A DNA stretch of 64,000 nucleotides from Octopus vulgaris. Its lineage: Eukaryota. This document shows positions 1-14,169 of this stretch, one piece after another. Each line of letters starts with the position of its first letter. The stretch's first letter is position 1. The notes under the pieces are model-generated. The model saw only the letters and a list, made by a program, of their open reading frames with translations. It did not search any database and was not told where the DNA came from. The stretch lies in the NCBI GenBank assembly GCA_951406725.2, contig OX597816.1, positions 50,592,001-50,656,000 on the forward strand, given 5' to 3'. Made by a program: the position numbers and the translations under genes.

Positions 1-394
1 AGGTTTTTCGAGAATTCGAAGAAATACTGTATATATTCTTCTCGAACCCAGAATGATGTAAAGCTAGGTGGTTATGGCGTATTTTGAAATCAGAAAGTAA
101 AGTGTCAATGGCATAATTAATTTTGTCCGACGATTTACGGCATCTCCAAATCGAGAACTCTTACTGTAGTAAGATTTACAATATAAACGTTAATATATCC
201 TATGTGGTTAAACGAATTCATACAACATACACACGTATATGTATACAACCTGCACACACACACACGCACGCACACACACACATACACACAGACACACACA
301 CAGACACACACACACCCATATATATATTGTTGCTATTATGCAAAAAGCATCGTAAGTTCAAAACGTTGCTTTTTCCTGTATGAGAGTTCAACAT

Positions 395-472
<78 letters not shown>

Positions 473-924
473 ATATATAAATATATGCATATATACATAC
501 ACATATATACAAACCTACATGTATATGTATATATGTACGTGCATACATGGGTACAGGACATCAAAAAGACGTAGACTATGAGTTACGAGGACATAAATAC
601 AAAAACATAGAAAACGAACTGTTTTTCGAACAACGATAAAACAAACAAAGAAAAGAGACATGCAACAAAGAGAACATTCCCTTCATAAGATGTCCGCTGT
701 TTTATCTACTCTGCGGCTCTCTTCCTTTTATATTCTACTGTTTTCACCCAAAAGCTGAGGCCATGCTGGAGCACTTTCTTTGAGTGTTTCGAAGTCTCAC
801 TTCGGTACTGCTTTTGATGAAGAATCGAGTTGGGCGAAGATGCTCTTCTTTTTATCCTTAACCAAATGTGTATTTTTTTAAATGTTTATTTTAACTTGGA
901 ATAGCCGGTTCTTTTTCTTAAACT

Positions 925-1070
925 ATCGTATCTCCAGCTGCTTCAGATGCCAAGATATCAAAAATTGTCAAAGTGTAGTACAATGGTATTGCTATGGAAT
1001 GGCGAAACTATGTTTTCGTTTTCTGAAAGAAGAACGGCTTGCACTTACGACACTTTTGCATGATAGCGAC
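925..1070 (-). mobile_element. Decayed non-LTR retrotransposon RT fragment
   Basis: Minus frame reads ...IVLHFDNF*YLGI*SSW, resembling the LINE RT 'F.YLG' motif; clearly homologous by eye to 33455-33590. Confidence 0.45.
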
Positions 1071-1934
1071 GATACATACATACATACATACACACGCACA
1101 TATATATATATGTGTGTATTTATGTATGTATGTATGTATGTATGTATTTATATGTGTGTGTGTGTGTATACGCGCGCACACACACATATATACATAGATT
1201 TTCATATGCGGGATGAAAGAGTGAGATAGAAAGTGATTAGGCCGGGATATACACACGTGTCATTAATCCAAGAGAAAGTGATCATGGTATTTCTGTTTTA
1301 CCAATTCTCATGCTATAAAACGATCAATTCTGAGTTGTAAGATATAAGAAAAACATGTAATTCAAGTTGATTTTGATTTTGATTTCCTTGCGGTATCTTT
1401 ATTTTATATTTGCCTTCGTTAAGCTTCAAGTTTCAGAAAAGTATTTAACGATTAAAATAATGATGGATTTTGGCCGGTAGAATTCGCTTCTCACCTATTG
1501 AACACCACATTCTTGCCCATGTGTAATTTTATCAGATTCCAGTCTGCTGCAAGTTTTCCTCGGAACTCTGTGAATTAAAAATACGTTCTTTTTCCCCTTT
1601 CATCAATCTCGGTTGTCCTGTAAGGTATCATGTCACACACATCCCTATACCCGTCACTGGTAACGTGCACCAGGGTTTCGAGAATTAATGTTAGACATTT
1701 CTGCAGTTATGAACAACCATAGACACATTCTTGACTCTCTCACTACAAAATGCCGAGGAGCGTTGAAGATATGGTAGCGGAGATAGGAAGGGCTGCTGCA
1801 GTGTTAGGCCGCTACTGCAGCAAGTTGAAACGTACCTCCTTGTTCAAACATTAAACTATTAAAATTTTCAAATTAATTATTTCGTGCATTGAATAACGAT
1901 CTATATTTAAATGTGTGTTTAATTTGTTTAAAAT

Positions 1935-2300
1935 GGGGTTGTGTAACCGAAGTTGTCGCACTGGGGTCGATGTAATCGACTTAATACCTATGTTTGTCCT
2001 TGTTTGTCCTTGTTTGTCCCCTCTGTGTTTAGACCCTTGTGGGTAATAAAGAAATAGGTATAGAGAGTGGTGAGCTGGCAGAAAAGTTAGCACGCCGGAC
2101 GAAATACTTAGCGGTATTTCGTCTGCCGTTACGTTTTGAGTTCAAATTCCGCTGAGGTCGACTTTGCCTTTCATCCTTTCGGGGTCGATTAAATAAGTAC
2201 CAGTTACGCACTGGGGTCGATTTAATCGACTTAATCCGTTTGTCTGTCCTTGTTTGTCCTCTCTGTGTTTAGCCCCTTGTGTGTAGTAAAGAAATAGGTA
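1935..2300 (+). mobile_element. tRNA-derived SINE family B (Meta-domain-like): partial 3' copy plus full copy
   Basis: Head GAGCTGGCAGAAAAGTTAGCACGCCGG...GAGTTCAAATTCC, core GACTTTGCCTTTCATCCTTTCGGGGTCGAT...AAGTACCAG, tail CCCCTTGTG..TAAAGAAATAGG; many copies in window. Confidence 0.8.
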
Positions 2301-3144
2301 TAGACAGTAAAACGGAACGGAGATAGAACGTGAGAGAAAGAGGAAGAGGGAGAGAGAACTGGGAAAGAATGACAATATGATTTTATTTCAGTTTGTGGTT
2401 GGTAATTGCGCAGTTTATATCCGTGGTATTTACACGTACTGCACTGAATAATTGGACGTGTGACACAAAGTCATCTAATTGAGGATCCAAAGGATTAATG
2501 GACATAACACCTATTTAAAATGTCATTTATCTCGATATAACCAATTCCAAAATTTACAGAGTATCTGAATTTACATAACGCCGGGAACTCCTTGTTCTCT
2601 CAGTTTTTCGGCGTTAATAAAATAAGTAATACTTAAATACTGGGGGTCGATACGATATTTTCTGCTCCTAAAATTGCAAACATTGCACAAAAATTTCAGC
2701 CCATTATTACACATCGTACCTACAAATTTGTGAAGCATGAGATAAATATAATCTGTGCGTTAAATGTATGAAAATGACTGTGGGTGTCTGTGTCAATGGG
2801 TGTAGTATGTGTGTGTGTGTGTGTGTGGCTTCATTCTTAAGCACAAAGCCGGTAAATTTGAGAGAATGGTGTAGTAGTCTCCTGCATCGATCCCAATGCT
2901 TAATTTCATCGCTTCTGACAGACGAATGGCAAAATTAATATAGGCGGGATTTGGGATGAGATAAGAAAGAGTGAAACAAACACTGCAATATAATTTGACC
3001 GATATTCACATAATTCTCCGCAATCCACATAGATACATACATACATACATACATACATACATACATACATACATACATACATACATACATACTTACATAC
3101 ATACATAGTGTGTATCTATGTATATATATAAATAAATAAATAAC

Positions 3145-3346
3145 TGTTTCTTCTCCAGCAATGCTAGGCTCATAAGAGCCGGTTTCAGTGGCGTGTATAT
3201 TTCCAAGCTGTCAGGACGCCGGTCCGTCGCAGTGTTGCTCATTTTTGCCAACCGACTGGGCACAACGCATGGACTGGTCCAGGTATCGAAAGCACTACCT
3301 TACGATCATGTGTTCAACACCCTAACCACTAAGCCACGCGCCTCCA
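3145..3346 (-). mobile_element. SINE family C (CORE-like), diverged
   Basis: Reverse complement of head TGGAGGCGCGTGGCTTAGTGGTTAGGGTG; homologous to 9024-9268. Confidence 0.65.
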
Positions 3347-3354
3347 CACATACA

Positions 3355-3490
3355 GAAATATGTCGAAGAGCGTAGGCTCGAAACGTAAAAGACTTGTTCT
3401 ATTTCTATTACTGAGCGCCATACTAATACACTTGTTTGTTTGTACTCCACCTGCCTTTGTCTTTTGTTTATTTTCGTAAACCTTCCCGTT
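3355..3490 (+). mobile_element. Penelope-like pLTR 3' fragment with truncated hammerhead-like motif
   Basis: GAAGAGCGTAGGCTCGAAACGTA followed by a T-rich tail ending at (TA)n; similar to 4222-4340. Confidence 0.45.
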
Positions 3491-3523
3491 ATATATATAT
3501 ATATATATAAATACATGCATACA

Positions 3524-4338
<815 letters not shown>

Positions 4339-4562
4339 TATATATATATATATATATTGAATACACATAGACGCACACACATATACACACAAGTACAGCA
4401 ACAACAGTCGCATAAATGTTAATGCATTTATGATTGTGTGTGTTGTATGAGTCTGTTTGCGTGCACATGTTTGAGCCTGTGTTATGCGTCGAAATTGCAC
4501 AAATTCGTCTTTATTTTTCATTGCGGTCAAATATATTTCGACTAATAACCAATTCCGCTTAC

Positions 4563-4679
4563 GTAAAAGGGATGCAGATTTGGTAATGCAATCGTACGCA
4601 AACTTTTTTTCAGAAAAGAAATGGGATGATCCTGGAGGCAGCTCCTTTGGTCTCCGGCCTCTTCGATCAAGGCTGACAT
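4563..4679 (-). CDS. Candidate first coding segment of an unknown gene (exon 4563-4726): MSALIEEAGDQRSCLQDHPISFLKKSLRTIALPNLHPFY
   Basis: Minus-strand acceptor tttctttttcattatcaacag| at 4727, donor |gtaagc at 4562, locally higher GC, ATG at 4679 open to the donor in phase 0. No recognisable domain. Confidence 0.3.
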
Positions 4680-4820
4680 GGAGCCAGACACAGACAATAA
4701 CAAAAGCTACTGCAGCATATTAAAACCTGTTGATAATGAAAAAGAAATTCAATACAAATTTCGTAACCATGCAATGGATGTAATGCTTTTGTGACGCACA
4801 AACAACATGTAATTCGATTA

Positions 4821-4990
<170 letters not shown>

Positions 4991-5590
4991 ATGTATAGAT
5001 CGAAAACATGTACAGAATGACCTGTCGAAGATCTGGATCGATGTTTAGAATTATTCTTTTTTTTTTCTTCAGCTAGCTTGCTTTTATCCTGGTTTCATTC
5101 TGTCCATTACAACATTTGAGTGGTGCTCCTTGAATGTTTACATGTTATACAAGCGTGCCACACTAAATTCAGGTTAGTATATCGACAGTATATGTTAGTA
5201 AAAACGTTCTAAGCGACTCCTCGATTAACAAGTCGTTGAGATGTGTATACTTAGAAAGTAAGGCGCGCAGACACATACACACATTCGTGTGGACATATCT
5301 ATAAACATTTATTAAATTATTGATGTGTAGACATAGTGTCATTTCACTGCATTGATATACCTTAGAAATTGCCTATAGATTTTTTAGAGATAGCTGTGCA
5401 TTATGATGCTTATATACAATGCGTCTACAGTTTGTTGGTGAACAAAAGAACGAAGAGAACATTTTTACCTATGTTTCGACTCTTGCTGAAATCGTCGTTA
5501 ACAACTGTGTAAGAAGTTTAACTTTCGATATACACGCTATGTATAAACTCAATAATATTAAGGTTTGAAGTAAAATGGATACTATATATA

Positions 5591-5752
5591 GGCGTAGGAG
5601 TGGCTGAGTGGTAAGTAGCTTGCTTACGAACTACATGGTTCCGGGATCAGTCCCACTGCGTGGCACCTTGGGCAAGTGTCTTTTACTATAGCCTTAGGCC
5701 GACCAAAGCCTTGTGAGTGGATTTGGAAGACGGAAACTGAAAGAAGCCCGTC

Positions 5753-5840
<88 letters not shown>

Positions 5841-6047
5841 ATGAGTGTGTGTATGTGTTTGCGTGTCTGTTTTTACACCCCCCCAAATCGCTTGACAACA
5901 AATGCTGGTGTGTTACGTCCCCGTAATTTAGCGGTTTGGCAAAAGAGGCCGATAGAATAAGTCCTGGCGTCGATTTGCTCGACTAAAGGCGGTGCTCCAG
6001 CATGGCCGCAGTCAAATGACTGAAACAAGTAAAAGAGTAAAAAGAGG
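5591..6047 (+). mobile_element. tRNA-derived SINE family A with internal (TA)n(TG)n
   Basis: Head GGCGTAGGAGTGGCTGAGTGGTAAG...GGTTCCGGG, body CCTTGGGCAAGTGTC...GACGGAAACTGAAAGAAGCC, tail GGTGCTCCAGCATGGCCGCAGTCAAATGACTGAAACAAGTAAAAGA; near-identical to 9408-9818 and 31873-32302. Confidence 0.85.
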
Positions 6048-6169
6048 ATATGTGTGTGTGCGTGCATGTGTGTGTTTGCATGCGAGGGTGTGTGCGTGAG
6101 GGTATGTGTCCGCGTGAGTGTTAGTGCATGTACTTATTCTTGTATGTATATGAATAAGTAAATAAATAA

Positions 6170-6237
<68 letters not shown>

Positions 6238-7636
6238 ATATGTATATGTATATGAGTGTGTGCGTGTGAGTGGATGCGTTTATACATAAATACACACACG
6301 CTCACATTCACACACAAATACATGCATACAAACACACGCACACACACGCACGTACACACACATGCAGTTAGATATGCGCATTTAATATCACGTATATACT
6401 AGTTTAATAACTTTTGACTACATCAACATTAAGGTATTTGTTACTACTTTGACTAACACAAATCTGTATTTAATGATGTGGAGTTATATGTTACGTAGTA
6501 CGTATATGGAAATGTGGTATATCGGTATTCATTTTGACAGTATTTGGCCGTGGGAAACACCAAATTCGTTAGTTAGCTCTAAAGGATATCAAAATGCATT
6601 AAAAGAATTTAAAACTTCACCTCTTCATTTGGTTTGAAAAGCTGCCAGACTCAAATTGTCCGATTTTCTCAAGACTTATAAGATAAAATCTAATAATAAC
6701 ATGAAATGAAATCTTTTGAACTTTATGCAACACCTGCCCAACATAAACTGGATTTGCATCTAGCAAAATGTAAATATTATATCTACCTTGGTATCCAGAC
6801 GTTTGTCTTTATATTTACGATGTTATTGTTTCGTTATTTAGCTCTAGGTCAAATTTGGATGATCAAAAATGAGCATTCCATGTGTTCAGAGTTAGTCTAG
6901 CGCTGTTCTATGAAATTTACTCTTCCTATGTTTGAAGAATTAAGTTGTGATATGAGAAATATTACATTACTTTTTCTCGAAGCTCAAACTGCTATGTAAA
7001 TTTCAGTGCATTGATGGTACGCAGATGTCGCTTAATTTCATATCAACTCTAATGGAACTGTTATATTATCAAATTTGTCTCGGTAGTTGTTCAATACATT
7101 CTGTGACATTTCTTATAACCATATTCAATCATATCTTGAGCAGCTCATGGCTACTATATCTAGCCGATCAAGCGAATGTCAGGCTGCTCACCCATTGATT
7201 AATTTCATTGCGTAACCTTATGTATTCAGGATTTATACATATATGGCTGCCTAGTCGCAGTAAAATATCCTTAAGTGCAGAACAAATTGATATTGATGGT
7301 ATAATTTGATCTCTCAATCTGGTTTCACAACTAAATAACATAACCTGATTTCAATTAAAGTTAAAAGTTATTGTGCTACAATATTATTGGAGATATTTTT
7401 ACTCGCTTTTATAAGCTTGTTTTTAATGTGTCGTTTTCAAAGACAAGACATTTGTTTTAATACAACATTGTAGTTTCTTGGTTATAAAACCAGGTCATTT
7501 CCTAACAGTAATAAGAAACAATATGCTTCCTAAAGTCTTTACCTTATTAAGGAAACACGAAATAATGACAACTGTATTGTTTCTCAAATGTATTCAATAT
7601 GCAGTATAATAATCTACCACCTTCTATTATAATAAT

Positions 7637-8014
7637 AACAAGAGCACTCAAAGAGCGCAAACCCCCGCCAAGGCAACACCAACTTCCTCTCAACGATTAG
7701 CCAGAGATGATTTTTAAAATGAGAATATCTGAAATAAACTCTACTACTCTCACTAAATACTAAAAATTATTACTAAAAATTAATCCGACCGCTATCAAAA
7801 ATTAGATATAAAAAAAAAAAACGGGAAAGTAATCCAGAATCCTTGGCTGGTACCGGATTGATCTCAAAATCTAAGCAGTTCGTACCAGTCACGAGGCAAA
7901 ACACCCCTCAAAATTTCATCCGAATCCATCCGGCGGTTGTTGAAATATCTTGTCCCCTGATAAAACAAACAAACGCAACTGAAACAAAACGTCTGCCTTC
8001 GCAAAAGCGGAGGT
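7637..8014 (+). mobile_element. Helentron-associated non-autonomous element (HINE/DINE-1-like)
   Basis: ACAAGAGCACTC 5' end, CCCCGCC(AAGG) subterminal motif inverted against 3' GCGGAGGT, AAAATTTCATCCGAATCC motif, (AAAC)n, 3' stem-loop, A/T-rich insertion site. Confidence 0.55.
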
Positions 8015-8236
8015 AATTATTATTCTTCTCTACTCTAGGCACAAGGCCTGAAATTTTTGGGGAGGGGTGGCCAGTCGATTAGATCGACCCCAGTACCCAA
8101 CTGGTACTTAATTTATTGACACCGAAAAGATGAAATACAAAGTTGACCTCGGCGGAATTTGAACTCAGAACGCTGAGACAGACGAGATACTGCTAAGTAT
8201 TTCGCCCGGCTAACGTTTCTGCCAGCTGGCAGCCTT
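8015..8236 (-). mobile_element. SINE family B
   Basis: Reverse complement of family B head and core (GACCTCGGCGGAATTTGAACTCAGAACG ... TTTCTGCCAGCT). Confidence 0.75.
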
Positions 8237-8269
8237 CGTAATGATCAATGTTAAAATATGTGAGATGAC

Positions 8270-8475
8270 AGGATCAGAATCACGAACGCGTCGGACAAAA
8301 TAAGTAGCGGCGTTTATCGTGATCCACGTTCTGCTTTCAAATTCAGCAGAGGCCAGTTTTACTTTTCATCTTTTTTTGAGGTCTATGAAATAAGTACTTG
8401 TTGAGCACTGGTACTGATGTACTCAACAAGCTCCCTCTCCAAAATTTCAGGCGTTCTGCGTATAGTAGGAAGATT
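8270..8475 (+). mobile_element. SINE family B, diverged
   Basis: TTCAAATTCAGCAGAGG..TTTTCATC..GAGGTC..TAAGTAC core and AAATTTCAGGC...TAGTAGGAAGATTATT tail. Confidence 0.55.
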
Positions 8476-9023
8476 ATTATTGGGGAAGATTATTATTATT
8501 TGTTGTTTTATTTTTTTCTCTTCTATTTGCTCAGCAGAAGCTCGATTGATTAGAATTGTAATCAGATATTTTCCTGTCAAGATTATTCATTTAGCTCTTA
8601 ATGTCCTAACTTATTAGACGATAGGGTGAACTTAGATGGAGATGAAGCTACTAACTGTGGAGTGTCTGCGTAGATGCTGCTTCGTGTGTTGTTTGCTTCT
8701 TTGCTGTTGGAGCTACTTTTTATTTAACATTGACTATCCTGATACTATGTTTTATTCTAATATCTAGAAGATAAGCCAATTCATCCTCCTTTATTAAAGA
8801 TATTAGGCTATGTTTAAGGGGATAATTGAGTGTGATTTCTCCTCGGTCAGTCAAATACAAATAGGTTCTCTTGCTTTCTATTTTTCACTTCCCATTGCTG
8901 TTTACAACGTCCCAGTATTTTCTTTATAAACGTTTACGCAAAAACGAGCTATACTACATAAAAGAAGAATCACGTTTCTGAGTGTATCTAACAAATTTTA
9001 TGCGTAAGCACAATGAAATGGTA

Positions 9024-9268
9024 TGGAGCTTAGTGGTTAGGGTGTCAGCATCATGATCGTAAGATTGTGGTTGCGATACCTGGACCGGGCGACGCGTTGT
9101 GTTCTTGAGCAAAACACTTCATTTCACGTTGCTCCAGTCCACTCAGCTGGCAAAAATGAGTAACTCTGCGATGGACTGGCGTCCCGTCCAGCTAGGGAAT
9201 ACATACGCCATAGAAACCGGGAAACCGGGCCCATGAGCCTGGCTAGGCTTGAAAAGGGCGGATTTATT
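9024..9268 (+). mobile_element. SINE family C (CORE-like)
   Basis: tRNA-like head GCTTAGTGGTTAGGG...GGTTGCGATACC, then TTCTTGAGCAAAACACTTCATTTCACGTTGCTCCAGTCCACTCAGCTG CORE-type segment and TTTATTA tail. Confidence 0.75.
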
Positions 9269-9407
9269 ATATTTATTACAATGAAATGGTAACGTTACCT
9301 TTGTTATATTATTTCCGTTATCCTGCATTTGAGAATTTAAAATCACTTCTTTAACTTTCTAAGACATCTCAACGCTTCTAAAGCAAACGTTCATCGTAAT
9401 TTGAATT

Positions 9408-9816
9408 ACGCAGGAGTGGCTGTGTGGTAAGTAGCTTGCTAACCAACCACATGGTTCCGGGTTCAGTCCCACTGCGTGGCATCTTGGGCAGGTGTCTTCT
9501 GCTATAGCCCCGGGCCGACCAATGCCTTGTGAGTGGATTTGGTAGACGGAAACTGAAAGAAGCCTGTCGTATATATGTATATATATATGTAAGTGTTTGT
9601 GTATATGTTTGTGTGTCTGTGTTTGTCCCCCTAGCATTGCTTGACAACCAATGCTGGTGTGTTTACGTCCCCGTCACTTAGCGGTTCGGCAAAAGAGACC
9701 GATAGAATAAGTACTGGGCTTACAAAGAATAAGTCCCGGAGTCGATTTGCTCGACTAAAGGTGGTGCTCCAGCATGGCCGCAGTCAAATGACTGAAACAA
9801 GTAAAAGAGTGAAAGA

Positions 9817-9818
<2 letters not shown>
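9408..9818 (+). mobile_element. SINE family A, full length
   Basis: Same head, body and tail as 5591-6047. Confidence 0.85.
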
Positions 9819-9862
<44 letters not shown>

Positions 9863-10434
9863 GTGTGTGTATGTATTTATGTATATGTGTTTGTGCATTT
9901 TGTGTGAACATGTACATGGCTTACAATGATTTACAGTGCGGGTATACCTGTATATTTAAGATGTTTGCTTCAGAATAATAAGTAACCAGGTTTCATATCA
10001 ATGCGATAGCTACGAATATATATCCAAGAAATCTTTGGACAATCTATGGTTATCGCTTTGCTATCGAACAGCGGGATCGGGTTTTCGGAAACTGTGAGCT
10101 AATGACTTGCATAGACAACTCCCTATAATTCAAAAGCCTTATATAATTTCACACTCTCTCAAGCTTATTGAGACGCATGATTGAATTTACTATATTAGAG
10201 CCAATTAAATGGACAGCTACTTAATATTTTATTGGGTAAGTAATTCTATAATCAAAAACTAATCCTCCACATGAACAGATTATCAATTTAATGCATTCTC
10301 ACATAAGAATTAAAGAAATACATTTACATACAGAAATTAAAGAAATATGTTTCGATGGCAGTTCGTCATATATTTATAGAACTAAGTGAAAAGGAGATAA
10401 TGTTAGTTTGATTTGTTTCATTCATATTACAATG

Positions 10435-10728
10435 AAGGTGACTCACGATTGTAAGGTCGTGTGTTCAATTCCCAGTAATGCCTTGTGTCCTTGAGCAAGA
10501 CAACTTATTTCACATGGCTCCAGACCACTCAGCTGGCAAAAATGAGTAGTACCTGTATTTCAAAGGGCCGCCTTGTCATACACTGTGTCACGCTGAATCG
10601 CCTTCAGAAATACATTAGGGGTACATGTGTCTGTGGAGTGCTCAGCAACTTGCATGTTAATTTCACGAACATGCTGCTCCGTTGATCGTATCAACTGGGA
10701 CCCTGGTCGTAGTAACCGACGGAGCGTT
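10435..10728 (+). mobile_element. SINE family C (CORE-like) with a different 3' tail
   Basis: GTGTCCTTGAGCAAGACAACTTATTTCAC..GCTCCAGACCACTCAGCTGGCAAAAATGAGTA shared with the 9024 copy. Confidence 0.7.
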
Positions 10729-11380
10729 CTTAATTCATATTACAAATGGCTGAATTCATGCCTGTATGACAACTAAGCATCATACATTTATCTATATTGC
10801 CTTCCATATGACAATAAGCAATACTTGAATATATATAATTTTAAATATGAACACACATACAGACACAGGCACTCGTAAACATAATAGAGGCGCATTCGTT
10901 GTATTGGGCTCCCAACGCGACTTCGACTCTTAGGAGGTGTTGTTATAAAAAACGTTCTGTGTTGAGTATTTAAATCGTGCCGCATATATTTCCGTGTATA
11001 ACGAAAGTCTATTTCTTACGCAATGTAAGAGAAAAGAACCGTCCCCGTTCTGGACTGGTATAAATTTGTCGACAAGCAAGATTGAGAGACCAATATAACT
11101 TGAGTAGCAGGATGGATAATGTACGACATTCTCTCCAGCACTCACACGATTTGCCGCCTCATTATACACACATATGTACGCTCACACACGCAGAAACATA
11201 GACAACACACGCACACGGTTGTATTGATGCACGCGTTTCTGACACCGATTATGATTCCTTTGTTACGAAGAGTTTAAGTGAATTGAATACACCGATTTGC
11301 ATGTGAAAAGCATTCATGCAAAATATTTTGATTAATAAAATAGTGAGATGTTAAGCGTTGCGCTCTAATGCTACGCAGTA

Positions 11381-11609
11381 CTACGTGAGGATGCTGAAAT
11401 GTTCCTGGCTTAAAGGTGTCGCGAAAGGCGTGGCTGGTGGCCCACCTTTATAATTTCTTTTACAGGGCTTAAAAAATTGAGGGACTATTGCAATAACTGG
11501 GTAAATCGGAGAGGGGAATATGTTAAATAAAATCATAATTAACTGATTCTCCCGTATTATATTCTTTTTTACCCAAACCCAGAACTTTTCAGCTCCCAAT
11601 CCCCCGTAT
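11381..11609 (+). mobile_element. mariner-derived MITE
   Basis: Imperfect TIRs TACGTGAGGATGCTGAAATGTTCCTGG / CCAGAACTTTTCAGC...CGTA with TA ends; internal FFLQGLKKLRDYCNNWVNRRGEYVK* resembles a mariner transposase C-terminus. Confidence 0.7.
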
Positions 11610-12414
11610 ACAGTATGCATTTAGATGAATAACACTTCCCTTTTTCCACAGGAGAATCGTTGGATTCGGTTCAACATTGGCCGAAATCCATCACTTGCAA
11701 AGAAAACTCTATTAAGTTGCAGTTTAATAAAAGAGATGATTTACAAACACACAAAACATGCTGATTGAATGATGAATATTAATAACAAAAGTTATGCCCA
11801 TATTTCTATGACTTTCAAATTAACCCACCTTCATACGGATAACTTCTATACAATACCTATTTACAATATTTTACTGAGAACTGTATCAGACCAACCAAAG
11901 TTATAACAGTAAATATTTACTGATGGTGCCAAGATGTGAGACTGAATTCGGAAATACACGACTGCGAAACGAATATCTTAACAAGACACTAATGTCTGAA
12001 TTTATTACCTTCCAACTTATTAAGCTCACATGAGTTGGTGTGTCGATCGGGATATCACATAAATCAATCGACCGCATGGGACTCTTATTGGGTTTCACTT
12101 GTCCCCACTTGTGGTGTGTGTGTATCTGTTTATGTATGTTTGTATATATGGATATGCTTGCACGAACATAAATATCGATACAGCTTTATAAATAATTTCA
12201 TCTATTACACTCGTTCCTAAATGCATGTAAGTGCCAACATATGCTTGCGTACATGAGTTGGCATGCACACACTCAGTATATATCAACAACAACAATAACA
12301 ATGATATTAAGCATTTTTAAAATAGGGACATCGCTAGGGATTTTCTGTATGAATTAGTCGATTAGATCCACCTAGGGTACCTCATTACTACTTTATGTTA
12401 TATATTTCAAAATG

Positions 12415-12630
12415 TGGTTATGTGACAGAATACAGAGCACCCCAGATAAAATGCTTAGCGGCATTTCGTCAGTCTCTGCATGCTGAGTTCCAACTCCGCT
12501 GAGGTCGATTTTACCTCTCATCCTTTCGGGGTCAATGATATAAGTAACACTCTAATACAAGCATCGATGTAAACGACTAGCCCCCACCTCCCCTACAAAT
12601 TTCAGGCTGTGTGCCAATACTTGAAAGGAT
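12415..12630 (+). mobile_element. SINE family B, diverged
   Basis: GCTGAGGTCGATTTTACCTCTCATCCTTTCGGGGTC core. Confidence 0.65.
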
Positions 12631-13223
12631 TTTATGGATTAAGAAAAATCGAAGATTGACCTCAGCTGGTTTTGAACATGTTAAACAGTTGTAATGTTTT
12701 TTCGTCCCAAGCTCTAACAGCTCAGTCAATCTACTGCCCTATATTCCGGTATACGCACAATGACAACGATTTCTATAGACGAGGTAGTTAGCCGAGTAAA
12801 TCGACAACAGCACTGGGCAGGTACGTAATTTTATGTAAGCAAAATACTCCACCAACGTAGGACTTGGGATTGAATGGAAAAGGGGTAAGATTAATCGCAG
12901 GAAAGAGATCCGGTAATGACAACCAACACAGCAACAACAAATTACCGCAATTAATAAATTTCAGAATGAAAAAAAAAAAGCAACAATCACAAACATAATA
13001 TCATGAACATAACCTTCTACACACATAGAGAAATAAAGTACATTTATTTACTTATATCAATAATATATAACCAAAATTGAATGTTTACGTATATATGCAT
13101 ACAAAAGCATGCATTTCATATATAGTTGTGCATACATGTAGGTATGTATATATATATATATATATGCATGTAAGTTTGTATATGTGCACATGCATATAAG
13201 TCTATACATGTGTGCGATTTGTG

Positions 13224-13267
<44 letters not shown>

Positions 13268-13326
13268 CGTGTGTGTACATATATATGCATATACATATAC
13301 ATAAATACATCCACACATATACATAT

Positions 13327-13384
<58 letters not shown>

Positions 13385-13944
13385 CCACATTTATTGCTTT
13401 TAATGGGGAAGGCCAGTTCCAGTTGATGGGGTTAGCCTGGGTTTCCCGTCCATAAAGGTGTATGTATTTATATATTTATATACACTTTCGCATGGACAAA
13501 AATTGTGTGTGCCTAAGTTTATTAAAACAATTTGACATTCGATCTTAGTATTGTTAACCCTGCGTTTTGAGTGGCCAAATGTTATTTTTTTTTTCAAAGT
13601 CGGTGACCCCAGAATTTATATGCGGATGTGTGTGTGTGGGACGGGACAGCGTGTGTGTGTGAGTGTCTGCTTATGTCTCTATGCAGGTGTGCGTGATTCA
13701 CGTGGGCTTGCGATTAATTTGGTCTGCGTGTATGTAAATACAAGAGCATCGACATTTGAAGTTATGTGAATCTACGCTTAGATATACGTATACATACATG
13801 TCAATAATACAGGTATAATGGCGTGTTTGCAAGCACACGTAGCACCACACACGTGGGTACATAAAATGGCATATAATTCCTTTACATATAACGATATATA
13901 CATACATGTGTGCATATATATACATGTGTGTTCATATGTGTGTG

Positions 13945-13987
<43 letters not shown>

Positions 13988-14065
13988 TTATGTATAAATA
14001 CATACATATGTATATATATATATATATATACATACATATATATATATATTTATATATACACAGAC

Positions 14066-14096
<31 letters not shown>

Positions 14097-14119
14097 TACA
14101 TATATACATACATATATTC

Positions 14120-14169
<50 letters not shown>

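Noticed and set aside
545-720. Possible pLTR or hammerhead remnant on the minus strand (CTTATGAAGGG...TTCGAAAA)
   Set aside because: The core is mutated and no consistent three-stem fold could be drawn.
1495-1570. Minus-strand exon-like segment (ttcacag|...ag|gtgaga)
   Set aside because: It has a stop codon in the phase that would follow the 4563 exon, and such splice signals can arise by chance.
1755-1840. Hammerhead-like TTGAAGA...GAAACGTA with a GCTGCAGT/ACTGCAGC hairpin
   Set aside because: C3 is absent, and stem I and the stem II base are out of register.
4563-4720. Alternative frame AAVAFVIVCVWLHVSLDRRGRRPKELPPG resembling a cytochrome P450 N-terminus
   Set aside because: No in-frame ATG after the upstream stop, and the PPGPxxxP continuation is missing.
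5462-5505. Minus-strand ACGACGA...GAAACATAGGTA hammerhead-like string
   Set aside because: Too degenerate; the stems do not pair convincingly.
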